Shown here one piece after another: positions 26,115 to 35,475 of a stretch of 64,000 nt of DNA. A model generated the notes under the pieces. The model was not told the DNA's origin and made no database searches. It was given only the letters and a program-made list of their open reading frames with translations. The stretch is from Bdellovibrionota bacterium (lineage in GTDB: Bacteria; Bdellovibrionota_C; UBA2361; JBGSMV01). Both the position numbers and the translations under genes were made by a program. Within the stretch, counting starts at the first letter, position 1; the number at the start of each line of letters is the position of its first letter. The stretch lies in NCBI GenBank assembly GCA_041739995.1, contig JBGSMV010000068.1, forward strand, positions 1 to 64,000, in the 5' to 3' direction.

Positions 26115-28628
26115 ATGAGCGATTTTAACCCGACCAAATTTATTCGACCGATTCCTGCGAATCTCCCGCGCTCAAGCGAGCCTTCCTATGAGCTTGACGG
26201 CGGTGGTCAGGAACAAGAAGTTCAACTTCGAGAGTATTTTAGAATTCTACTCAAGTATCGAGTGCTGATCGCTGCTTGTATGGGAGTCGGATTAATTCTG
26301 GCATTGATTTACGCTTTTACGGTCACGCCACTTTATACGGCAGCATCTACTTTGCGAATTAGCACTTATGAGCCTGTGCTTACCTCAACCAAAATCGAGG
26401 ACATGCTGCAAGATCGCAGCCGTGAGTCCACCTACCTTGAGACCCAGGTTCAAGAGCTCAAGAGCTTTTCACTTGCGGATAAGGTGCTTGAAGATCCGAG
26501 CATCCGTGCCAAGCTAGACGGAAGTTCAAGCACCGGATTCTGGGCGCTTTTGTTTGGTTCGGGAGACCCCGCACCTGTGGATACTTCCTCCGTCGACCAG
26601 GCCGCCTATGCAGTGGACTATGCCGGTGCGCCTGTCGGCTATCGTGCGCCTGTTAAGCTTATTCGGAAGTACATTGGTCTGGTTGATATTCGACCAGTTC
26701 GCCGTACCTCGCTTGTGGGTATTGGTGTTACCGCTGAGGATCCTGATCTCGCGGCGTATCTGGCGAATCGACATGCTACTTCCTACATAGAGTGGGTTCG
26801 CACGACGCGTGTTGAGCAGCAAGCGAGAGGGCTCACCTTTTTGAGGGCACAGTCGGATGAGCTTCGAGAGAAGGTTATCGGTCTTGAGCGTGAGGCCGCC
26901 GATTATGCGGAGGCAAACTCAATCGTCGCAGTTAATAAAGACGAGAACATAACTGCGCAGAGGATGTCGCAGCTGAACCGTCTCCTCACTGAGGCAACTG
27001 CGAAGCGCATAGAGTTCGAAAATATTTTTAACGAAGCCGAATCTGGCCTGAAGAGTCCCTCGGCAGGATTTGATGACGGCTCGACCCAGTCTATGAGGGC
27101 AGAGCTCGCGAAGCTTGAAGGGGAGCTTCAGCAGTTACGTGCCAAGTACACCGACCAATATCCTCGCGTGCAGCAGGTTCGATCTCAGATTGAAGGACTG
27201 CGCGCATCGGTTGAGGGCGCCCGACGTCAGACCGTGACGGGGCTACGATCTAAGATGCAAGCAGCTCAGGAAGAAGAAAAGAATCTCAGAGAAGAGTTAG
27301 ATCAGCAAAAGAGCCAGGCCTTTGAGCTTGCCAAGCGGCAAGTGCAGTACAACGTATTGAACCGAGAGCTTACGAGTTCCCGAGAGATGCTTGAGAGCGT
27401 GCTGCGACAGATCAAGGAAACTTCGATTGCGGTCGAGAGCAATGCTTCGAATGTCTCTGTTGTGGATCTCGCGATTCCCCCGAATGATCCTAGCTTTCCT
27501 CGTAAGTGGCTATTGATCGTAGTGGGGCTGGGGGTTGGTCTGGCTGCGGGTTTGGGACTCTCATTCCTACTTAACTATCTCGATAATACTGTTCGGACAC
27601 CGGAGGATCTCACCCAGGTGCTGCGCATTCCAAGCCTGGGAGTGGTGCCATCTTTCGAGCTTGAAATGATCGGGAAGGGGGAGTTTGAAGACTCTGAGAG
27701 TTTTGCTGAAGATGGAGGGGGCGACGGACTCGCGAGTCGTAATGGAAGGGGAGGATCGCCGATGGCTCCTGTGGTTGCAAGCGAGGGAAATGTTCCCGCT
27801 CAGATTGCGTTTCTAAGTGATCCGCGGTCATTGGCTGCAGAAGCTTATCGAAGTATTCGTACAGGGATACTTCTTTCGCAGGCAGGAGAGCCTCCTCGAA
27901 CCCTGCTTGTGACCTCCGCGCAGTCTTCAGAGGGGAAAACAACTTCCTCGATAAATCTGGCGGCGAGCTTAGCCAGCGCTGGAGGTAGGGTTGCCTTGAT
28001 AGACGCAGACTTGCGACGGCCGAGTGTGCATCGGCAATTCGGGATTGAGTCGAATGTTCCTGGATTAGTAGAGGTCATCACTGGAGCCGCGAGTTTGGCG
28101 GATGTAATCGTCCCCGATGTGGTCAAACGCGTTCATTTGATTCGCTCAGGCAAGATTCCGCCTAACCCCGCCGAGTTGCTTGGAAGTCTAGAAATGGCCA
28201 GCGTCATTGACGAGCTCGCACAGCATTTTGACTACGTCATCATCGACTCTCCACCTATTCTTCCGGTGACCGACTCGGTAATTCTCTCGCGCTATGTTGA
28301 CGGGGTCGTCCTGGTGATTCGTGGAGCGTCCACCCCGCGTAGGGTTATCAAGGATGCGCGCGATCGCCTTCGTGCGGTGGGGGCGAGGTTCTTGGGCGCT
28401 ATTCTCAACGACGTTGATGTTACCGCTGGCGATTACTACTACTACAATCGCTACTATCAGGCGTATTACCGCTCTGATGAAGGGAGTGAGCCGAAGGCAC
28501 CTTCTCGGCGTCGACGCGGTGCTAATACAGGCAGCACCCATGCTGATCCTCAGGGAGATCGGCCTCAGGGAGATAGGGAGGATTCTGAGACTGGTCGTGG
28601 GGGAAATTCCTCGGCTACCGGTAGTTAG
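26115..28628 (+). CDS. wzc: Polysaccharide co-polymerase/BY tyrosine kinase (Wzc/GumC)
   Basis: Two TM helices, coiled coil, EAYRSIRT, SEGKTT, IDADLRRP, IIDSPP and a C-terminal Tyr cluster. Confidence 0.93.
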   Translation: MSDFNPTKFIRPIPANLPRSSEPSYELDGGGQEQEVQLREYFRILLKYRVLIAACMGVGLILALIYAFTVTPLYTAASTLRISTYEPVLTSTKIEDMLQDRSRESTYLETQVQELKSFSLADKVLEDPSIRAKLDGSSSTGFWALLFGSGDPAPVDTSSVDQAAYAVDYAGAPVGYRAPVKLIRKYIGLVDIRPVRRTSLVGIGVTAEDPDLAAYLANRHATSYIEWVRTTRVEQQARGLTFLRAQSDELREKVIGLEREAADYAEANSIVAVNKDENITAQRMSQLNRLLTEATAKRIEFENIFNEAESGLKSPSAGFDDGSTQSMRAELAKLEGELQQLRAKYTDQYPRVQQVRSQIEGLRASVEGARRQTVTGLRSKMQAAQEEEKNLREELDQQKSQAFELAKRQVQYNVLNRELTSSREMLESVLRQIKETSIAVESNASNVSVVDLAIPPNDPSFPRKWLLIVVGLGVGLAAGLGLSFLLNYLDNTVRTPEDLTQVLRIPSLGVVPSFELEMIGKGEFEDSESFAEDGGGDGLASRNGRGGSPMAPVVASEGNVPAQIAFLSDPRSLAAEAYRSIRTGILLSQAGEPPRTLLVTSAQSSEGKTTSSINLAASLASAGGRVALIDADLRRPSVHRQFGIESNVPGLVEVITGAASLADVIVPDVVKRVHLIRSGKIPPNPAELLGSLEMASVIDELAQHFDYVIIDSPPILPVTDSVILSRYVDGVVLVIRGASTPRRVIKDARDRLRAVGARFLGAILNDVDVTAGDYYYYNRYYQAYYRSDEGSEPKAPSRRRRGANTGSTHADPQGDRPQGDREDSETGRGGNSSATGS

Positions 28629-28639
28629 ATCGATTTAGT

Positions 28640-28994
28640 CTAACTGGTCAGCATATTTTAAATCCGTATCGTAAGTCGTCACAAGGTTGAAGCGTATAAT
28701 CGATACCGGAGCTGATATTTCTTTCTTGTCTGCGCCTAAAGTGCATCGCTCAGGGGGATCCCTTCGGGTTCGTGAGTTGCCTGCGGGATCGGGCCTTCCC
28801 CGCCTACGCCTGTCGGCTTTGGCGAGGTCCTCGAACCGGGTCCCGCCGGAGTGTATGAAACGAAGGCGGACATGGTCCTTCCCGCCTTAGCGCACATTCC
28901 ACCCGACCCAACATGGTGTCGAGCTACAGTGTGCTCCAAATCTGTCGAATCGACTAAATTGCCAACGGGGCAGCTCTATTTTGTGACCAGTTAG
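28640..28994. mobile_element. ~355-bp MITE-like element
   Basis: Perfect 11-bp terminal IR CTAACTGGTCA / TGACCAGTTAG; GC-rich palindromic interior; no long ORF. Confidence 0.5.
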
Positions 28995-29100
28995 TTGTTG
29001 TCACCCCCGATTTGCTCCGCAAATCAGCTCCTGAGGGGCACTCCCCTGGATTAGGCTGGGTCCGGGCTATGCTGACTAGTTACGGAGTAGTTATCGCAGC

Positions 29101-29976
29101 TTACTCGAATCCAAGTTCACGCAACATTCCATCAAGTTTTCCGAGCTGCGATTCTTGCTCAATTTCCAGAAGTTGTTGCAGGGCGGCACGCGCGACACCT
29201 GATGGAATGTGTGGATGGGAAAATTCTTCACGGCGAAAGCTCGCACGAAATTTCTCTTCGAATCCTTTGGCCTCTTTGATAAGCGTAAGACTGAGCTGAT
29301 GTTCAGGGAGTTCCGCCGTATAAGTTACGGTCTTTGTGTCGTCCGTGGTGCCGACGGTTTTAGTCCAGGCTTCGAAGGGCAGGCTCTTTACCAGCTCGGG
29401 AATGTCTCGAGAAACCGTTTCTACCGCCGCATCGAAAGCTCGCTTCTTTTCGCGGCACACAGTCGTAATGGTGTTCTTGACCTGAAGGAAGAGGCTCTTA
29501 GCGATCTCACCAGATGCGATGATGTCGCAGCGCTTCCCGGCAAAGTTGGCTGCGAATTTTGGATCGATCAATTTATCGGCGTCAAAAATTCTGTCACGTA
29601 CTTCGACCGTATAGATAGCCACACCTGAGGGCATCGGAGCATAGCCCCCAGGTCCGTATTGACACTGAATTGGCTGAACGAAGTGCAGCACCAGAGAGGC
29701 ATTTGGAATGTCTCGGATAAGCACTTGCTCATATGAGGTGCGTGGGCGTTGAAAACGCAAATTCTGATCGAGATCTGCTCCGCCGATGCACCATTTCTCA
29801 GGGTCGGTACTGGTCAGGAGCTTGCGAATGCGCTCGAGCATTGGATGGCTGAAACCACCGTCAACATCTTGGTCAGTGTAAGAGGGGCCGGAACTCTTTG
29901 GCTGGGGCGTGACTGCACATGCTTTGGCCTTACTGCCTGCCTTTTGTGCTACCGACTGTAACGCTTTGGAATTCAT
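29101..29976 (-). CDS. Hypothetical protein
   Basis: 291-aa ORF with AAGG upstream, divergent from the AAA+ gene. Confidence 0.7.
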   Translation of the reverse strand: MNSKALQSVAQKAGSKAKACAVTPQPKSSGPSYTDQDVDGGFSHPMLERIRKLLTSTDPEKWCIGGADLDQNLRFQRPRTSYEQVLIRDIPNASLVLHFVQPIQCQYGPGGYAPMPSGVAIYTVEVRDRIFDADKLIDPKFAANFAGKRCDIIASGEIAKSLFLQVKNTITTVCREKKRAFDAAVETVSRDIPELVKSLPFEAWTKTVGTTDDTKTVTYTAELPEHQLSLTLIKEAKGFEEKFRASFRREEFSHPHIPSGVARAALQQLLEIEQESQLGKLDGMLRELGFE

Positions 29977-30243
29977 CGACTAAACCTTCTGAGCTGTGCT
30001 TGAACCACGATTTTGGGGTCCACTCCCTTCTCCGAAGAAATGGGCTGTCTGCTTCAGATGGTAACTTGCTGAATCTAATGCAATTTTCAACATAGGGGCT
30101 ATGTTTGCCGGTTTAGAGTTGAAGCATAACTACTAAGAGGCATTAAAAATTCTGAATATTGAGCGGCTTAAAGCTACGGATGCGGCTTTTGAAGAGAAGC
30201 AGCAATGAAGGTTCGGTGGATAGGGTTGTAGGAGAGTTTCGCC

Positions 30244-32769
30244 ATGATTCCGAAGAAGTCAGCGGTATTAGGAGCCGTGCACTCACGGCCGTCAAGACGC
30301 GTTAAGCGTCCACCGCACGTGGTTCCAAAGCGTCTAGCGCTGGATGAACGCCCGGAGAGTCTTCGCGAAGAGGCGCAATCCGAAGCTGACGAGAGCTTCG
30401 TGGAAAGCCAAGAAAAATTCGACGTCGAAACTGAGCAAGTCTCATCGGTTGAAGAGTCTTCTCCGCTCAACCCGCACTCGAGCGCAGAGCTTTTTGGCTC
30501 TGAGCATCCGGTTGCTTCTAATGATCTTACGAGTGATGCCATGCGCGAGCTCGCTGATCTCGAACGGACGTTGCAGACTCTTGGCGTAGACGATCAGCCT
30601 AACGATGAGCAGGCAAACGAAGCAGATTCCCTGCCGCAGGCGAAGTCAGAACTAGTGCCGAGTTTTACAAAGGCAAGCGTTCGCAAGCCCAGCTCAGGAG
30701 ACGCAGTGCTCGGAGCGGAGAATGCCAAATATAATCCTGAGCGGATCGGGCTCGACAAACTGGGAACGCCAGATGAACTCATCAGTAAACTCGCGGAAGT
30801 AGGGTATCACTGTCATCCATTCTATGCCGCCCAACTCGCATTACTTCTTAATACCCCGACCAACACAGTGCGGACCCTGCTGCTTGAAGGGCCTCCAGGG
30901 TGCGGGAAGAGCTTTCTCGCGAAGTCGCTCGCTAAGGTCAGTGGCGCCGAGCTGATGTGTCTTAGCTGCTTTCGTGGCATGAATCTTCAAAATCTAATTG
31001 AAGCACCATCAACGCTCGCACTTGCGAGTGCAATGACCGGTAAAGGTGGGGGAGATCCGGCCGAAGTGATGCATCTGGGAGCGCTCTCCAAGGCGTTCCT
31101 CGCCTCGCAATCACGACCGGTCATTTTATTGGTAGATGAAATTGATAAGGTAGATTCCGCGATTGATACCTTTTTTCTCGGCCCCATTCAGGACGGGCGT
31201 ATTTGGTTAGAGTCTCGCCCTCCAATCGAAGCAAATCTTCAGAATCTTGTACTGATCTTCACCAAGAACTTTGAGCGACCATTGAATGACGCCTTGTTGC
31301 GGCGCGTTCAGCCTGTACGCATGCAGTACATGGACTCTTCGCTAGAGATTGCTGTTTTAAGCCCACACTGCCCGGAGCGTTTGGTTCAGAATCTCGTGCG
31401 TGTGGCTGACATCATGCGTGAGACTGACGGTTCATACCCCTTCGAACGCCCGCCGGCACCTGAAGAACTTCTTCGTATCGGTAAATTCGTCATGCAACTT
31501 CTTGAGTGGAACACGACTGATTTCGCCTTTGTCGGGTGGAACGTGTGGTACATGATGGCGAAGTCTGAACATGATAGAAACGTGTTGGAGTTGATGCTTC
31601 GTTATCATCCAGAGTTTTTTGATCCGCTTGTCCCAGACGGTAGAAACGCATCCACTGAGCAGATTTATGCGCGCCTTGGTCGCGTTGTTTTGGAAAGTAT
31701 CGTTGCCGATCCGGATGAAGTACGTCGAGGGAAGGCCTATCGCCCAGAAGTTGTGGGACTGACCAACGTTGGAGCGCCGGAAGATCTGGCACGTAAGCTC
31801 AAAGTAGTAGGCTACGAGTGTCTTCCGTTCAACGCGACTCAAATTTCGTTGCTGCTGAACACTCCGTCCGATCGCGTGCGTACCTTGTTGCTCGAAGGAC
31901 CCTCCGGATGCGGTAAAAGCTTCATGGCAAAGTGCCTTTCAAAGATCACTGGGGCTGAGTTCATGTGCTTGAGTTGCTACAAAGACATGAATGTTCAGCA
32001 TTTGATTGAGGTGCCTTCGGCGATGGCGATCGCTCAAAGCATGGCGGGTCAGCAAGAGGGTGCGAAGGACAAGTTGATGAACCTTGGCATCATCGCCCGA
32101 GCTTTTCTCAAGTCACAGAATCAGCCTGTTATTTTGCTTGTGGACGAGATCGATAAAGTTGATATCGCGATCGACACGTTCTTCCTTGGACCGATTCAGG
32201 ACGCGCGCATTTGGTTGGAGTCGAGGCCTCCGATCGACGCCAACATCGATAATCTGTTGGTAATCTTCACCAAGAACTACGCTCGTACCTTGAACGATGC
32301 GCTTTTGCGACGTGTGCATCCGGTGCGCATGACGTATCTGAATGCGACGCTCGAGAGAAACATTCTCTCCAAGCATTGCTTGCCTCAGCTTGTGGCGAAT
32401 CTTGTGTCTGTTGCGGATCGCATGCGCGATTCAACTGGTTCCTATCAATTTGAGCGTCCGCCAGCCCCAGAAGAGCTGCTCACGGGAGGGCACTACATTA
32501 TGAAACTGATGGAGTGGGGCTCTCAAGATTTTGCCTGGATTGGACGGAACGTTTGGGCGATTCTTGCCAAGTCGGAGCATGATCGGGCGGTGCTTGATCA
32601 TATGATGCGGTTTCATCCGGATTTTATTGATCCTCTATGTCCTGACGGCCGAAACGCCCCTGCAGATCAGGTCTATGCCCGACTAGGCCGCGTCATCCTA
32701 AAGGATATCGTTGCTGATCCAGAGGCCCTCGACCGTGAGCGCGCCTGGGAAGATATGGAATACAACTAG
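30244..32769 (+). CDS. Tandem two-module CoxD/MoxR-like AAA+ ATPase
   Basis: Two 336-aa repeats, each with LLLEGP[PS]GCGKS, ILLVDEIDK, FTKN and NDALLRR; acidic, likely disordered N-terminus. Confidence 0.9.
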   Translation: MIPKKSAVLGAVHSRPSRRVKRPPHVVPKRLALDERPESLREEAQSEADESFVESQEKFDVETEQVSSVEESSPLNPHSSAELFGSEHPVASNDLTSDAMRELADLERTLQTLGVDDQPNDEQANEADSLPQAKSELVPSFTKASVRKPSSGDAVLGAENAKYNPERIGLDKLGTPDELISKLAEVGYHCHPFYAAQLALLLNTPTNTVRTLLLEGPPGCGKSFLAKSLAKVSGAELMCLSCFRGMNLQNLIEAPSTLALASAMTGKGGGDPAEVMHLGALSKAFLASQSRPVILLVDEIDKVDSAIDTFFLGPIQDGRIWLESRPPIEANLQNLVLIFTKNFERPLNDALLRRVQPVRMQYMDSSLEIAVLSPHCPERLVQNLVRVADIMRETDGSYPFERPPAPEELLRIGKFVMQLLEWNTTDFAFVGWNVWYMMAKSEHDRNVLELMLRYHPEFFDPLVPDGRNASTEQIYARLGRVVLESIVADPDEVRRGKAYRPEVVGLTNVGAPEDLARKLKVVGYECLPFNATQISLLLNTPSDRVRTLLLEGPSGCGKSFMAKCLSKITGAEFMCLSCYKDMNVQHLIEVPSAMAIAQSMAGQQEGAKDKLMNLGIIARAFLKSQNQPVILLVDEIDKVDIAIDTFFLGPIQDARIWLESRPPIDANIDNLLVIFTKNYARTLNDALLRRVHPVRMTYLNATLERNILSKHCLPQLVANLVSVADRMRDSTGSYQFERPPAPEELLTGGHYIMKLMEWGSQDFAWIGRNVWAILAKSEHDRAVLDHMMRFHPDFIDPLCPDGRNAPADQVYARLGRVILKDIVADPEALDRERAWEDMEYN

Positions 32770-32923
32770 CGCCACTTCACCTTCGCCGCTCTTTTCGTAT
32801 ACCCCCATTTCTTTCTTCCCTTTTAATAGGGAAGGGAGGAGGGGCACGTCTGGGCCTTGCAAGGTTGGGGTGGACCAAGGAGGGGAGGCGCGGTACCGTG
32901 GAATCCTTGGAGAAAGGATTGCT

Positions 32924-33583
32924 ATGTCGTCCACTGTTCGTTCGCTCAAAAAGGCCCCGGGGTTTACACTGCCGGATCAAGACGGTGCACCGGTCACGCT
33001 TTCAAAAATTGAGAGCGACTTTACGGTCATTTACTTCTATCCCAAGGACGACACGCCCGGTTGTACCATCGAGGCCAAGGAATTTTCTAGTGAGTATCGG
33101 TCTTTCAAGCGGAAGGGCATAACTGTGCTCGGCGTTTCGGGAGGCAACGTGCGCTCCAAGGAAAAATTCTGCGACAAATACGATCTTTCAATCCCACTGT
33201 TGGCCGACGAGTCATTCCAAGTCGCCAAGAAGTTTGGCAGCTTTGGCCAGAAGTCATTCATGGGTCGAAAATACCAGGGCATCTTTCGACGCACCTTTAT
33301 CCTCGATCGAAATAAGAAAGTAATTAAAGTATTCGACTCGGTGAGTCCTAAGGGGCACGCACAAGAAGTGCTTGAATTTATCGAAGGACTTTCTGCTAGA
33401 GCTTCAGCCGGCACGAAGCGAGTAGGGAAGATAATTGCAAAGCCAGAAGGCAAATCGGGTCGAAAGGTGGCCAAGAGTGACAAATCGAAGCGCTCTGCGA
33501 AACAAGGTCCTTCCAACAAAGCGACTTCTCTGCGTTCCCGAGTTACTAAAGCTAAACGCAAAGCCAAAAGTCGGCCTAAGTAG
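32924..33583 (+). CDS. bcp: Peroxiredoxin BCP/PrxQ with Lys/Arg-rich C-terminal tail
   Basis: YFYPKDDTPGCTIEA, RRTFILD, GHAQEVL; AAGGA RBS before ATG 32924. Confidence 0.9.
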   Translation: MSSTVRSLKKAPGFTLPDQDGAPVTLSKIESDFTVIYFYPKDDTPGCTIEAKEFSSEYRSFKRKGITVLGVSGGNVRSKEKFCDKYDLSIPLLADESFQVAKKFGSFGQKSFMGRKYQGIFRRTFILDRNKKVIKVFDSVSPKGHAQEVLEFIEGLSARASAGTKRVGKIIAKPEGKSGRKVAKSDKSKRSAKQGPSNKATSLRSRVTKAKRKAKSRPK

Positions 33584-33615
33584 TTTGCATAGATAGATAA
33601 GGTGCGTTCACGTCA

Positions 33616-34506
33616 ATGGAGATCCTTCCTCAGCTACTAGTGAATGCCCTCATCGCCGGAAGTATCTATGCGATCGCAAGCTCTGGGCTTTCGCTCGCCT
33701 ATGGACTCTTAAGAATTCTCAACTTCGCGCACGGACACCTCATGATGGTGGGGGCCTATCTCTTTTACGCGACACGCATCTTGCTGGATGCCAGCCTCAC
33801 GGTCGCAGGAATAGTGACTGCATTGGGAATGACCGTGATTGGCGCTCTAGTCATGTGGTTCTTCGTGCGACCATTTTCGAAGTTCAGCCCACTTCTTACT
33901 TTTGTATCAACGCTGGCCCTTGGTGCCATGCTTGAAGCCAGTGTCTCTATGCTGTTCGGCGTGAATGTGCACTCGATTAGTCGAGGCATAGACTTTGAGA
34001 GTTATGAAATCTGGGGAGTGTTTATTACGCCAATACAAATAGTCATTGTGGTGAGCACCTTGCTCATTCTTGGGCTACTTGCAGCGGTCATTCATCGGAC
34101 TTCCGTGGGTAGAACCATTCGGGCACTGTCGGAGAATCAATACGCCGCGCAGTGCCTAGGAGTGGATTATGAACGCTACACCGCCGTTGTGTTCTGTGTA
34201 GGGATCCTACTCGCCGCCTACGCGGGAGTGCTGGTGGGGCTTGAAACCAACATCCAGCCTACGATGGGAAACTCCTATACCATCAAAGCCTTTGCGGCGA
34301 TGGTGCTCGGCGGACTAGGCAATCTTTGGGGAACGGTGCTCGGAAGTTATCTCCTGGGCCTTGTAGAGAACCTCAGTATCGGGCTTGATTTCGGGGGGTA
34401 TAGCCTTCCCGCGGGATACAAAGACGCATTTGCCTTCGTAATTATTTTGCTGGTGTTGCTCTTTAAGCCCGAAGGACTTTTTCGTCGGAGATCCAGACGT
34501 GTGTAA
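33616..34506 (+). CDS. livH: Branched-chain amino acid ABC permease (LivH-like)
   Basis: ILNFAHG.LMMVGAY, KAFAAMVLGGLG, KPEGLF. Confidence 0.88.
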   Translation: MEILPQLLVNALIAGSIYAIASSGLSLAYGLLRILNFAHGHLMMVGAYLFYATRILLDASLTVAGIVTALGMTVIGALVMWFFVRPFSKFSPLLTFVSTLALGAMLEASVSMLFGVNVHSISRGIDFESYEIWGVFITPIQIVIVVSTLLILGLLAAVIHRTSVGRTIRALSENQYAAQCLGVDYERYTAVVFCVGILLAAYAGVLVGLETNIQPTMGNSYTIKAFAAMVLGGLGNLWGTVLGSYLLGLVENLSIGLDFGGYSLPAGYKDAFAFVIILLVLLFKPEGLFRRRSRRV

Positions 34507-34546
34507 CCAACCAGACGTGTGTAACCAACCAGGCGTGTGTAACCGA
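34493..34546 (+). repeat. 18-bp tandem repeat x3 spanning the livH stop codon
   Basis: CCAGACGTGTGTAACCAA x2 + CCAGGCGTGTGTAACCGA. Confidence 0.85.
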
Positions 34547-34563
34547 GGGGTGCGATAGCGCGA

Positions 34564-35436
34564 ATGGATTACCTGTATCACCTGGGAGTCCTGTTCTGTA
34601 TCTACGTGATACTGGCGCAAGGCTTTAATCTGGTCTTTGGGATCGCAGGATTGTTTAATCTCGCCCACGTGGCGACGTATGCCATTGGAGCTTACACCAC
34701 CGCGCTGCTGGCGGTTGAACTTGAAGTCGGATTCTTCCAGTGCATCATCGCGAGTAGCCTTATGGCAGGACTATTGGCGCTCATTATCGGGGGTATCTCC
34801 CTGCGGCTCGCTACTGATTATTTCGCCATAGGTTCCCTGGCCTTTAGCGCCGTGGTCTCAGCGTTGCTGATAAATTGGCGAAGCCTGACCCGGGGAGTGC
34901 TTGGTATTCCGGGTATCCCGCGTCCTGAACTCCTAGGAATTGATTTCAATCAGCTATCTAATTTTTTGTGGCTCTCGGCCATCATTACACTATTGGCACT
35001 CTCTAGTTTTTGGCTGATATGTAACAGCTCCTTCGCTCGCAGTTTAAAGGCGTTGGCGCAGTCAGAGCACGCTGCACAAACGCTTGGCAGAGACGTAGCA
35101 CGCTACCGCACTTGGGCCTTCTTCATCTCGTCCTTGTATGCGGGTCTGGCAGGTGCGCTGTTTTCCTACTACCTAAATTACGTCGATCCTTCGTCGTTCT
35201 CCCTGGCTGAAATGGTACTGGTGCTGACTATCGTGGTAGTTGGGAGGCCAGGCTCTTTTCTGGGAGTGTGCCTCTCTACTTTCGTGTTGGTAGTGCTGTT
35301 ACCCGAGGGGCTTCGTTTTGTGCCACTTGAAGCGAGTGTATTAGGACCGCTGAGGCAGTTTTTGAACGCGCTGCTACTACTGGTGTTGATATTCATTAAT
35401 CGCGCTCGTTTGTTTCCGACCCAGCGGGCGGTATAG
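34564..35436 (+). CDS. livM: Branched-chain amino acid ABC permease (LivM-like)
   Basis: GLFNLAH..YAIGAY, LRL..DYFAI.SLAF, LT.G..GIPGIPRP. Confidence 0.85.
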   Translation: MDYLYHLGVLFCIYVILAQGFNLVFGIAGLFNLAHVATYAIGAYTTALLAVELEVGFFQCIIASSLMAGLLALIIGGISLRLATDYFAIGSLAFSAVVSALLINWRSLTRGVLGIPGIPRPELLGIDFNQLSNFLWLSAIITLLALSSFWLICNSSFARSLKALAQSEHAAQTLGRDVARYRTWAFFISSLYAGLAGALFSYYLNYVDPSSFSLAEMVLVLTIVVVGRPGSFLGVCLSTFVLVVLLPEGLRFVPLEASVLGPLRQFLNALLLLVLIFINRARLFPTQRAV

Positions 35437-35475
35437 AAAAAGTGTGGCAATGAGAGCTCAGTTCTAGGCAACATT

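Noticed and set aside
34493..34546. Possible CRISPR array
   Set aside because: The 18-bp units are contiguous with no spacers, and there are no cas genes; it is a simple tandem repeat.
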